Source: Antedon mediterranea (taxonomy: Eukaryota > Animalia > Echinodermata). From it: a DNA stretch of 64,000 nt. Positions 52,901 through 64,000 of this stretch are shown here, piece by piece. A program made the translations under genes and the position numbers. The DNA is taken from the NCBI RefSeq assembly GCF_964355755.1, contig NC_092673.1, forward strand, positions 25,789,648 through 25,853,647. The letters are read 5' to 3'. The notes beneath the pieces are model-generated. The model was not told the DNA's origin, did no database searches, and saw only the letters and a list, made by a program, of their open reading frames with translations. Position 1 is the first letter of the stretch, and every line of letters begins with the position of its first letter.

Positions 52901-55900
52901 TTACAGAATTCAGTGCAGGAATAAGCAACACATTGCAGGAAAGAAGGCAGCAAATATCAACTCTTAGTGGTGTCCATTCACTACTTAAAAAGGTGTTTTT
53001 TTATTCTATTTTTTTAAATTTTTAAATATACATCTACCGTTTCTTGTTTCCACAATTCTAGTACAGTATTATGTAAAGCTCTGTCTACACTATCAAACTT
53101 TATGTGACAAAAAAGTGTGATGTGCCCACATATGGTAGTGATATGCCCAACAATGGTAATGATATGACATCATCATGTCCATATATGGGCACATCACATA
53201 ATTTTGTCACATAAAGTTTGATAGTGTAGACAGAGCTTTACATGTGTTTATTGAAATGGTCTCTGATAACCTTGTTTCTTTTAAAATCAAGATCATGCAT
53301 TCCATTGTTCAAAATAATGCATAACTAATTTGTCTGTCATGCTGATGTATTTGTTTTGTTTCTACTGTATATTATATATTTTATTGTATGTTTTAGTTAG
53401 TGGCAGTTTTTATCGCAGTTGTTTTCAATTGGCTATTGGTTTGTGCTTCAATTTTGTATTGTAATGTTGAAATGAAGACTAGGGGAAAAAAAATGATAAA
53501 CAAATATACTGTAGCATGTGGATGTTTAACAATAGTTGTTTTTATTTACAGTTACAATTTCTATTTGAGCTTCCTGCAAGGTTAAAGAAGTGTATTGAAA
53601 TGAAAGCTTATGGACAAGCTGTCAGGTATATAATAGTTAATTAACACTCTCTGTCATAATTGGGACAAGGGCCACAATTCTTATAGGGTCTGGTAGAGTC
53701 ATTAGCCCAGACATAGTATGATCAATGATAAAAGTCTTAAGCTCTGTCTACACTTTCAAACTTTATGTGACAAAAAATGCCCATATATGGACAGAGCTTT
53801 ATGTTAAAATTCTGATTCTAAGATGTAATGTTTTCGGCTACGATATGATAAATCAGTGAACTGGTGCGCTACTCTTTCCACGATAAAGATGCACTGTCTT
53901 TTAAATGCACTTGTGTACACTGAGTCTTGAGGTATACTGTATGTCCTAGAAGACTACCGCCAGAACTAGGACCCAGAGAGTCTTGTACTATTTAAGGATC
54001 AAGAATTTGTGTTTATTCTTTCACAGGTATTATGCTAAGACCAGAACCGTTCTGAACCAGTATCAACATATGCCATCCTTTCATGGTATACAACAAGATT
54101 GTAGTGACATTGTTACTGAATTAAGATCAAAGCTAAGGGAACAATTTAGAGACAAAGAGGTGAGGGAAGCTGCGCATAATAATGTATGCAGTATAATTAT
54201 GATTATCATGTCCTTTTTAGCAAAACAATTAGTTACTTGCATTTTATTTTGTTATGATAGTCCACACCAAAACAGCTTGCAGAGTGCGTGGATCTTCTGT
54301 TGCAACTCAAGGAACCAGCTGATGAACTCTGTGACGAGTTCCTGGCACGGTGAGTATAGTCCTGAAGCCTTGTCTACACTATCAAACTTTATGTGACAAA
54401 AAAAATATGATGTGCCCATATATGGACATGATGATGTCATATCACTACCATATTTAGGAATATCACTACTATATTTGGGCACATCACACTTTTTTTGTCG
54501 AACTAGTTTGATAGTGTAGACCGAGCTTACATATTCTTGTGTTGCAGTAAAATTATACACAAACACAAAGTAAATCCAGTAGAAATTGGTTTAAGGTAAA
54601 AATTTGATTTATTTTTTTATCCTGGGTGACCTCTTTAGTACTATACTCCTCTTCCAGTGGGCCAATAATCAGAACACCAGGAGATTATCCCCTTCTCTTT
54701 TTAATTGTTTTCTTTGTTATGAAAATCAGCTTTATGTCCTATCTGAAGGATAGGGGTTCAAATCCCTTATGAGTCTTTTTTCTCACACTGCAGTTTCATG
54801 AGATTCATGAATATCATTGAGCACATACAGACACCGCTGATAATGTGCTACGAAAGTCTGAAAGATAATGGTAAATTTTATTTATTCCGTGTAGTGCCCA
54901 GGAGAAACTTGATGAAGATTTGTCTGAGATGTCAGATCAGGTAGACCCTGCGAAAGCCATTGAAGTGTCTACCCCTATAAAGGAAATGGTAGAGTCCACA
55001 GACAAGAAAGAGGAAAGGCCTTCAGAGAAGTATATGAGAAATATGCCAATGGTTCGTATTAATTGTTGTATATGAATTGCAATAGAAATAGAAATTATTA
55101 ATTGTAAAATGCATTATTTTCTTTGTTATTTTTCTTTTTTTTTATGTAGGATATTTTGGAATTTATTCACAAAGGTTGCACCAATTTCCTTGGTAATATT
55201 TGTCTTGTGATTGCATCTTACAAAGAACTGTTTGTCAACAGACAAACACATTCAGAGTAAGTTCTTTATTAATCATGTTTTTGTCAGTCAAGCCTAACTT
55301 TTTTCATGCATTCGCAGCCACAAATCACTATGCCAGCGATCAACAAAAACAAACAAACCCAAAATTGTATACTAAACTATCGTAAGTAAAATGTACACAT
55401 TTTTACCAAGAAATTATTCAGAAATCATGGCCATCTTCGACTAGACTGTCATGGTAGGAATTTAAGAAATAAAAAAAAAATTAACCAACTAGTCAATATA
55501 CCATTTTTCATTAAATTCTCAAAATTTACTCCATTTTTACCTTCCCTGCTGACTTGCGACGGCTCTTGTGTGTGTTTTTATCTTTTATTAGATTTAAATA
55601 TTTTTAATTCTGCCTTAATTCTTACACATTTTTATGGAACATTTTTGACATGTTATTGTTTGTTATGTTATAAATTTGGCCATTTGGCTATGAGATGTAA
55701 AGTTAGTCAATATTTTTGTATTTTTTGGAAATAGAGAGAATGTATATATATATCTGCTCCCCATAAAATCTAATCTATATATCCTAGTTTACTCCCTAGC
55801 CTTCATCTTGTTATCTCCGGTTTCTATTAAATATCAACATTTCTTATTAGTCCCCAGGAGCAGGACCAACTAAAGGAGGTTGCCCACGCAAAGTTAGCAG

Positions 55901-58900
55901 AGTTTGTCAAGTCAAGGATGGAGCAATATTTCTCATGTGTGGAACAAAGAATTCAAGCTGAGGTATTGTTTACAACCAGACATAAATAAATTATTAATTA
56001 GTAAATAATAATAATATTCTGGATTTATAAAGCACCTAATGTTGTGAAACCTCTAAGTGCTGTACATTATTATTACCATGGTAATTTTTGGATCAAACAC
56101 GTATGGAAACATACTTCCATAATGCAGCTAGTAATCAGCGCAAAGTTTAAAGATACATGTATATTTGTAAGTCATTAACTGTCCAAAGTGACATTTTGGT
56201 TCGCACATATTTGGGAGGTTTGCAACCTTATGAATACGAAAACATACATTCATCTTTTATTTTCATAGAAATAGTCGTATTCAAAGCAAATATACTTTTT
56301 TGGTCTATTTTTTTGCATTGAATTAAGATTGTATATAATTATAGTATAAACAGAGACAATTTATGAAAATGAATTTACTCAAAATATTTGACAAAATTAG
56401 GATAAATAGCAGTTTTTGCGCTAGGCCTGGGCAGCCCAGTCACCTGCTGTTGGCTCAAAATCTTCTATATTCTTTTCTAAATATGAAACAGTTTTTTACA
56501 TTTTATAAGTCTTAATTTAAATTCATTTTCTTACCTTTTTCAACATTTAGAAGGAATCTGTAGAGAACTCAATGCTTGTTAGAGCTCTGGACAGATTCCA
56601 TCGCCGCCTCCAAGCTGTCGATGATCTACTTCCAAAACTCAATATCATCGCTCGAGGAACAGAAATTGTTGCCAATGCTGCCCGAGAGAGGTCGCTGTTT
56701 TATTTAGAAGGATTGAAAAATCACTTTATCGAATGCACTACGGATGTGCGACAGAAGTTGTGTACGCCACATCTCATTGGAAAACAAGAAACATCAAATC
56801 TGATGGATATGCTGTCAATGATGTCATCATCAATTGTGGAACAAATGAAAATTGTTCTTGCTAATCTGCAGGTAAGGCTGCTGTCAGTTAGCTCTGTCTA
56901 CACTACTACAAACTAGTTTGACAAAAAAAAGTGTAATGTGCCCACATCATGGTAGTGATATGACATCATCATGTCCATATATGTTTGATAGTGTAGACTG
57001 TTTCTGTGACTGTATACACCATTGGCACTTTGGGAAACAACTGTAACATTTTCCTATCCCTATAAAAGAGAGATTATCCCTCCTTCATCTCTTCTGTCAT
57101 TGTCATCTTAAGATCTGTCTACACTATCAAACTTTATGTGATGTGCCCATATATGGACATGATGATGTCATACCACTACCATATTTGGGCATATCACCAC
57201 CATATGTGTATCTTCTTTTCTCCAATATCTCGTCACAAAATTGAACTTTTCTTTGCTCGGACACTAATTGTTTTCAATCCTTACTCTGTTCTAGATTCTG
57301 TAATTCTTTTTTTTTAAAATAAATGACATGCACATTTGTGTTATAGGGTTTTACCTCTGCTGACCTGACGTTTGCCAACACAGCTTATTTCCAAGGCACT
57401 TTCTGTGTTCATGATGTGCGTGAAGTGGTGGTAGTAGGATTCCTTGAGTATCTGTTTAAAGCATCATGTGTAAGTTAACAATATCAGAGATGTCTATTTT
57501 CCAATAACTATATATTTATTATTATTTTATTAACAATTTTTGAATATGACATTATTTATTAACTTGAATAAAATTGGAATAAAATAACAAAATTATTTGT
57601 TCTTTTTTTTTCTGCCTGAACTTTATTAAAACTATAAAATTACCTATTCAGTTTAAATTTATTAATCTGTATTTTTCATGTTTTGAGGGACAATGTTATA
57701 TATATCAACATTAAGACATCATCATCAATTTTGTTGTGTTTTTTTGTAAAGGTAAATGTATATTGTTCCTTAGTTAAAATTGTGACTGATTAATTTTGGA
57801 TTAAATCCTATACTGCAGACCCATGTACAGTATGATGATCAGCTCATACAGTAGTAGTAGTACTATTCTCTGCTGTTTTCATATTCTGTATCCTGCATTA
57901 TATGTGCATTTACATAATAACATTCCATCCTGAAGGACTCAAACAAAAGCACAAGTCTCGAACATGTGACTTAATTCCTTACCATTGTGCAACCTTTAAG
58001 AAGGATAGTGAATGATTTCGCTTATGGTTATCCTTGGCAATTTGCCTAAATATTTCATTTTATACTCTTTTTACTAATCTTAACATACTTTTTGTTTTTT
58101 TAGGATCTCTGTGAGCGTAGTGGTGAGAAAGGATCAGCCCCTGCAGCTATTATTCTACTGCTCTCTAGACTTCACATGGACTTTAGTAACTCAACAATAA
58201 ACCAAATTGTAAGTCTTTAATAGCTATTTAATCGTCTTTATTCACCTAGAGAAAAATTTGAGAATTCAGAATTTATATAACGATGATTTTAAATAGTAAA
58301 CATTAATTTCTATTGTTATTTCAAGGTTACAACAGCTGATAAGCAGTTTTCACTTGACCCACGTTGTAAGGTGACCCCTGCTGCCGACCTTTCAACCAAA
58401 GCTAAGAAGACGGCTCAGAAGCTTCTCAACCAATATGTACAAATACAGGGCTTACAAATCTCTCAGGTAAATAAAACAAAAGACATTTAATTTTATAAAC
58501 CTATAATTTAATCAAATAAGGGGAAACTAAAAAATTAAACTAGAGACTACAAAGTGACACAGATAACGCCAATTTACACAGTCTAGCAGTAATGGTAAGC
58601 GGAAAATCGTGTAGTTTGTCCCACATAGAATCTGTATCTATCCTGAGCGGAAACCGCCTGTCCATTTCACATTGTGTGTAAATGCTTATAAGGAATAACA
58701 TAGATTCTTTATTGTTATTACCGTTACTGCTCGTCTGTATAAATTAGCGTTAATAGTGGTTGTTGACATGGTTGCACACCCATTCCAGATCATGGGTTCA
58801 TGTCAGTGTCATTAAATAGATTTGTTGTCAAAGCCACAAATATTTTTCAACAAGAATAAACAATGATTATAATATATAAAAAGATTTAAAAAATATAAAT

Positions 58901-60545
58901 ATATTTTTCATTTTGTGTTTAACATTATTAGATGTATTTAAAAATAAAACATCCATTATTTCTTTGTATAAGATGTTGAGAAAAAGTGTTGAAACCAGGG
59001 ATTGGCTAAACACAATTGAACCACGTAATGTCCGTGCCGTAATGAAGCGTGTCGTGGAAGATGTAACAGCTATTGACACGCAAGTTGGACATCTATATGA
59101 AGAGGGTGTACGCAAGGCGCATAGCAGCGATTCTAGTCGTAGGGCTTTTAGCTTGAGCTCTGCAAGACAACAGCAACAACGAATGCAAAGACCAAGGTAA
59201 GTACAATTACAAATACACAATCCTTCAGATATGTCATATGTGACGTGCCCATATATCAACATGATGATGTCATATCACTAAATATATTTGGCATATCACA
59301 CTTTTTTGTCAAACTAGTTTGAAATTGGAGACAGAATTTAATATTTCTATATAAGCAATGTTTTATTACTTATTTTTGTTTTTTTTAGTGCAAATATCGA
59401 TAATAGTCTAATGAGCAATATACAGAAGTTGTTTTCTGAACGAATAGAGATTTTCAGCGCTGTAGAATTCTCCAAAGTGTCTGTGCTTACCGGTATTGTT
59501 AAAATAAGTCTTAAGGTAAAAACTAAAGTACTAAGCAGATATTTTGAATGTTGGAGTAAAGTAGTGTATACTGCATTAGGCAGAGATGAAATACATAAAA
59601 TATATTAACTTTTTTTAGCAAGTAATCGTATACAAATAATATTTTATAAGTGGAAAGATTGTCTGCTCTATTTAATGAGGCAGTCAAGTGAAATAGCACA
59701 GTCAGGCTTTCAAAGGATGAAAATATTTTCCCCATTCAATCAATGAAACATTCATTATTTGTTTTATGAACATTGTTGTTCTAAAGCAAAATATCATTTA
59801 GTTAATAAGCCACTTCTATTTTGAACCAAAGGCCAAGAAGGTCAAAAAAAGGTCAAATTAGCAAACTCCATTGGTGGGTTCCCATACCGCAATATTTATG
59901 CCTAACATATTGCGGTGCACCAATCTTATCATTTTTACAATGAAGTTCTTTTTAGGTGTCATTTTGTTTCACTCCATCCAGTCCATTGATTGAGTGCCTA
60001 AAAGCATAGTACTGTAATATAAAAGAAATGTTTGTATAAAAATTGTGTTTAGTAAATGCAAAAAAATTAATTCTAAAAATTCTTTATCAGACTTTATTAG
60101 AATGTGTACGTCTACGGACATTTGGTCGCTATGGGTTACAACAAATGCAAGTGGATACCCACTATTTAGACATGTATCTATGGAGATTTGTCAGTGATGA
60201 AAAGTAAGGATATGTTTATCAATTTTTCAGTAATATGTATTTACTGAATTTGTGTTTTTGTTTTTTTTAAATTATTATTTATTTTTGTTTAATTTTATCA
60301 AGAAATCAGTTGCCTGGGATTTTTTCCATTATGTAATATTTTTTTCAATATTTATTTATTTTGTTCCTATCAAGTACTCTCTCAAGTTAGAGGCAAACTT
60401 GTCTGTAAAAACAACACTAAAACGCTGGTTCAAAATGATGTATCTGGTTTTTTTTTTTCACTTTAGTTTGGTTCACTTTCTTCTTGATGAAATCATTGGA
60501 AGTACTATTCACCGCTGTTTGGACCCAATCCTCATGGAACCCAGT
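49962..60545 (+). CDS. VPS51: Vacuolar protein sorting 51 (GARP/EARP subunit), 3'-partial, 794 codons. Exons 49962-49974, 50470-50691, 52018-52103, 52837-52992, 53552-53625, 54027-54159, 54261-54349, 54895-55051, 55150-55256, 55851-55962, 56551-56871, 57347-57469, 58104-58208, 58326-58466, 58973-59196, 59389-59515, 60091-60203, 60467-60545
   Basis: Motifs [106 protein letters not shown]. All junctions GT-AG and in frame. The 13-nt first exon is less certain. The short terminal exon was not found in the window. Confidence 0.93.
51250..51932 (-). mobile_element. Helentron-associated (HINE/DINE-1-like) non-autonomous element in VPS51 intron 2
   Basis: Minus strand begins TTACCTCCGCCAAGGAGGT (hairpin), carries a (GTTT)n microsatellite, a sub-terminal inverted GGCGGAGGTA and a short stem-loop, and ends CTAGTT. 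Confidence 0.6.
53077..53237. mobile_element. MITE family A, intact copy in VPS51 intron 4
   Basis: Near-perfect palindromic arms AGCTCTGTCTACACTATCAAACTTTATGTGACAAAA at both ends. Confidence 0.85.
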
Positions 60546-61929
60546 GTAAGTATCTTATCTTATATAACTAACAAATTTCACAACAAACATTCATTGCTGT
60601 CTTTACAACAATGCATGAAACCCTGTGTAAGTATCGTCTACTAATTGCACACAGTACACCATCACTTTTATTGTTTTAAGTATAATTAACTACTTTAGAA
60701 TTATGTGAGAATAAAATGTTGATGTTAAATGTATTCTTGTATAGTTATTATGTAAAATATTTTTTTTTAGAGAATTAGCTATAATAATATACAAGGACAA
60801 GTGAAAAAAAATGTAAGGGTGTTTGCCCACATTGTAAAACGTTATGTATAAAGGCTACAGACTAGATGACCCCATCCACTTGTATACATGGATGGTATTG
60901 TTCTGTGTGAAGGCATTTTGGTACTATGTACAGTATTTTAACGTATATGATTGTGGTATAAAAATTAATTTTACACCTTTGCAGTTTCCTAGTGCTTTTT
61001 AGTTGTCTGTTTCCTCAGATAATTTATTTATTTTTTATTACAATATTTTAGTTGGTAAAAAATTACTTTGTGTTGATATTAGGTCCCTGTGATGTGTCAA
61101 TGTTTCTACAATGGTCATATTCCATTGTTTTCATTGCATAGAGTTTGGTTATGGCAAGTTTGTCCGTAACTAACAATTAAGCGTACATTTATCTGCAATT
61201 TAATTTTTCAAAATCGATCTTTTCAACAACAGTAATTCACTTTATGTCCTTATTTACACAACTTACATAATATTTTAATAAATCAACATATGCATACATG
61301 TTAGAAATTGATCATCAACTTTATTTAATAAAGGTCACACTAAACAAATTCTGATATTTAGCATACAAGCTTAAAAACTTTTGAATATTCACAACCCCTT
61401 AATCTATATGTAACACTTCTCTCTACAATTTTAAAAATTTAAATTTCTGTAAATTGTGAGATGAAATGAGATTTGTACTTTGATACAAAGCAAATTATTG
61501 TGTTGCCTCAATTCATTATCATGCATATTACAATTAGATATCATTTCCATATTTGTTAAATTGTATTATTGTAAGGTATATCCTAAACTAAGTAAATCAG
61601 ATTGTTAAACATTTACATTAACATAATTTCAATGGTTTAATTGCTTTTCTTTGTTATCAGAGACTTCATTATATATTTCTTGTATATATTTAAGTACTAG
61701 TTTATTGTTAATGCCCTTTGCCAGATATTCCAGAATATTCTAATGAATTTGGTAGATACTAAACTATAAAATATTATCGCTTTGTGATTCGTTTTGCTGG
61801 TAGTATTAATTATCGAGTTTGAATATGTTTTGCAAAAGTGTTGTTGCACCCTGAAATTGTGTGTGTAGCCTGCTAAAACCTTGTCTTACATTTAGAAATC
61901 TGAAATCTATGTCTTTTAAAATAATCAAA

Positions 61930-62470
61930 TTAATCTAAACTAGTTATCAGCTAAACTTAACATCCATTAAACTAAACTAGAAATTGTGTAAACTGAATTA
62001 ATAGTAATCACCTAAACTAGTATTAATAAACTAAAAGTACTGTATTTTCAACTTAGAAACTAGTTATCAACTAAACAAACCTAGTTAAATCAACTAAACT
62101 AAAATAGTAATTAACGAAACTGAATTAGTAACATAAACTAAACTAGACTACTAATCAATTAAACTAGTAATGAACTAAACTAGACATCAACTAAACTAAA
62201 TTAGTAATCAACTAAACTAGTATTAGTAATAAACTAAACAAACCTAGTTAAATCAACTAAACTAAATAGAACGAAACTGAATTAGTATTGTAATATAAAC
62301 TAAACTAGTAGTACTAATCAACATTGTAAACTGGTAATCAACTAAACTAAATTAATAATCACCATACACTAAAGTAACAAAACAAAACTAATAATCAAAC
62401 TAAACTACTAGTCAACTAAATTAAACTAGTAATCAATGAAATTAAAACTAGTAATAAACTAAATTAGTTT
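61930..62470. repeat. Degenerate AACTA(A/G)-based minisatellite
   Basis: Repeated CAACTAAACTAAACTAGTAAT-like units over about 540 bp. Confidence 0.8.
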
Positions 62471-64000
62471 GCTGTGCATTGAAACAATTGTTTTCACATG
62501 CACTGTTTTACTATTTTTCGATCACTACACCTACATATTATTTGCACAAACTCCCTTTTTGTTAGCTACTACCAGCTGAGCTTTTACCATTATTTATTCA
62601 TTAATAGGTGGTTTGTTTGTTGGCCTCTATTGCTTTGTGTGGAGAACATTCCCTTGTTTATATTGTAACCCGTATGTATAAGATTTGATATATTCATTAC
62701 CTGCCACATATTCTGTGCCAATCATACTGACGAGTTTAGTATTCACATTCATTACTGATGCCTGCAAATTTTACAACTTCCACTTGTCTATTTATCATGC
62801 CACATATTCAATATTTTTCAATAAATTCTTCTATTGCAATTTTAAATATTCTGGTAAACCACCATAATTAGCTTTGAAGTAAATGACTTGGGAGGCAGAG
62901 CCTTCCTCCACTATATGGTCCAGGAGGTACAATATTGTGATTATTTAGGTTCCAAGTGGTCTTAGCATTGTTTTATGAGAGCCCTACAGTATGCCTTAAA
63001 CCCTTCTACACTCTCAAACTTTTTGTAACAACAAATTGTGAGATGTGCCCATATATGGACATGATTATGTCATATCACTACCATATTTGGGCATATCACA
63101 TCAGATCATTATCCAGAATCTCATAGCTCATAGCATTAACACGATTATATCTCTTCCCCACTTCTCTGCTATTCATATTTAAATTGTCCCCTTTTATGCC
63201 ATAAATATATCATGCTTTAAATTACCAAAATTCAAAGCAAGTTTAAACTCATTTCTAACTTTTCATTGTATAAAACAAATCTGCGGTCTAACAGTATGGT
63301 ACTTGCCTTGTAAAATAAGAGGTCAAAGGTTCGAATCTAATTTTTCTTACAATAATATTACAACTTTTTTAATATGCTCAATACAATGAGATCATGTTCT
63401 ACCATTGAGGTATTATATATAACTAGAGAGTTAACTAGGAGACAGCGAGGTAATAGAAACTGAACAGGGATTCCTCAAAATGGTGCAGTTTCAATAATAA
63501 TATATTCAATAATAACTCCACAAGCAGTATTTCTATAAATTGATAATATATAAATGTGCTATGCAAAAATCTAATTTGAATATCATTCTTTAGATATACA
63601 CTGTATAAACAGCTTGGTATGGACGCCAGCTGCTATTAACAGAATATTTGTATTTATTATCCATTACTTTGAAACTAATTTAAATGAGAATGGATTTATA
63701 ATTTTATTCTATGACATTTGATTTACCTTTTCATCTGATTTAAGTCCAGATTTAATGGCTTAGTAGAAGTGTATTTGTTTATTACAAGAAATTGTATTAT
63801 TCATCAGTTTTATGAAGTAAACTCACTCACTAAAACTGCACACAATTTCCTTAGCCCAAAAGAAATTCCTTTTTTAATATCAATGAATTTGGCTTTAGAA
63901 TTTTGGTTTTTCGAAACTTTCCCATTTTCAGAAAGTTAATTGTATTATAGATTCTTGTTTTATGATGTTTTAAGATGTTATAAGCAAATTCTAATTTCTG

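Noticed and set aside
60252-60644. 130-aa hydrophobic ORF
   Set aside because: Intron sequence read through VPS51 exon 18; the conserved C-terminus is expected in a later exon outside the window.

Overview
AT-rich, intron-rich animal genomic DNA, probably an invertebrate deuterostome such as an echinoderm (inferred from a Deu/Nin-domain SINE, frequent TAGGCCTA and vertebrate-like exon structures). Three housekeeping genes were reconstructed exon by exon: FUOM (+, 20825-36078, 6 exons, 153 aa), STX18 (-, 39935-49670, 11 exons, 311 aa, one GC-AG intron) and VPS51 (+, from 49962, 18 exons in the window, last exon apparently outside). STX18 and VPS51 are head-to-head. The most interesting content is at 3.8-18 kb, which the ORF track shows only as fragments. 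It holds two tandem minus-strand 5-exon genes for secreted proteins of 200 and 215 aa. Both have a 22-nt first coding exon and intron phases 1-0-0-0, the layout of long-chain class-I helical cytokine genes (IL-6/IL-11/G-CSF/GH). Gene A shows four amphipathic segments spaced like the helices of CNTF/LIF. Nearby are kappaB, STAT(GAS) and CRE motifs and a recent tandem duplication between the two genes. The rest is transposon-derived: Harbinger-type MITEs, Kolobok-like elements, tRNA-derived SINEs, L2-like fragments, a Helentron-type element and a Penelope-type hammerhead variant. All family assignments are by eye and from recalled sequences; no searches were run.
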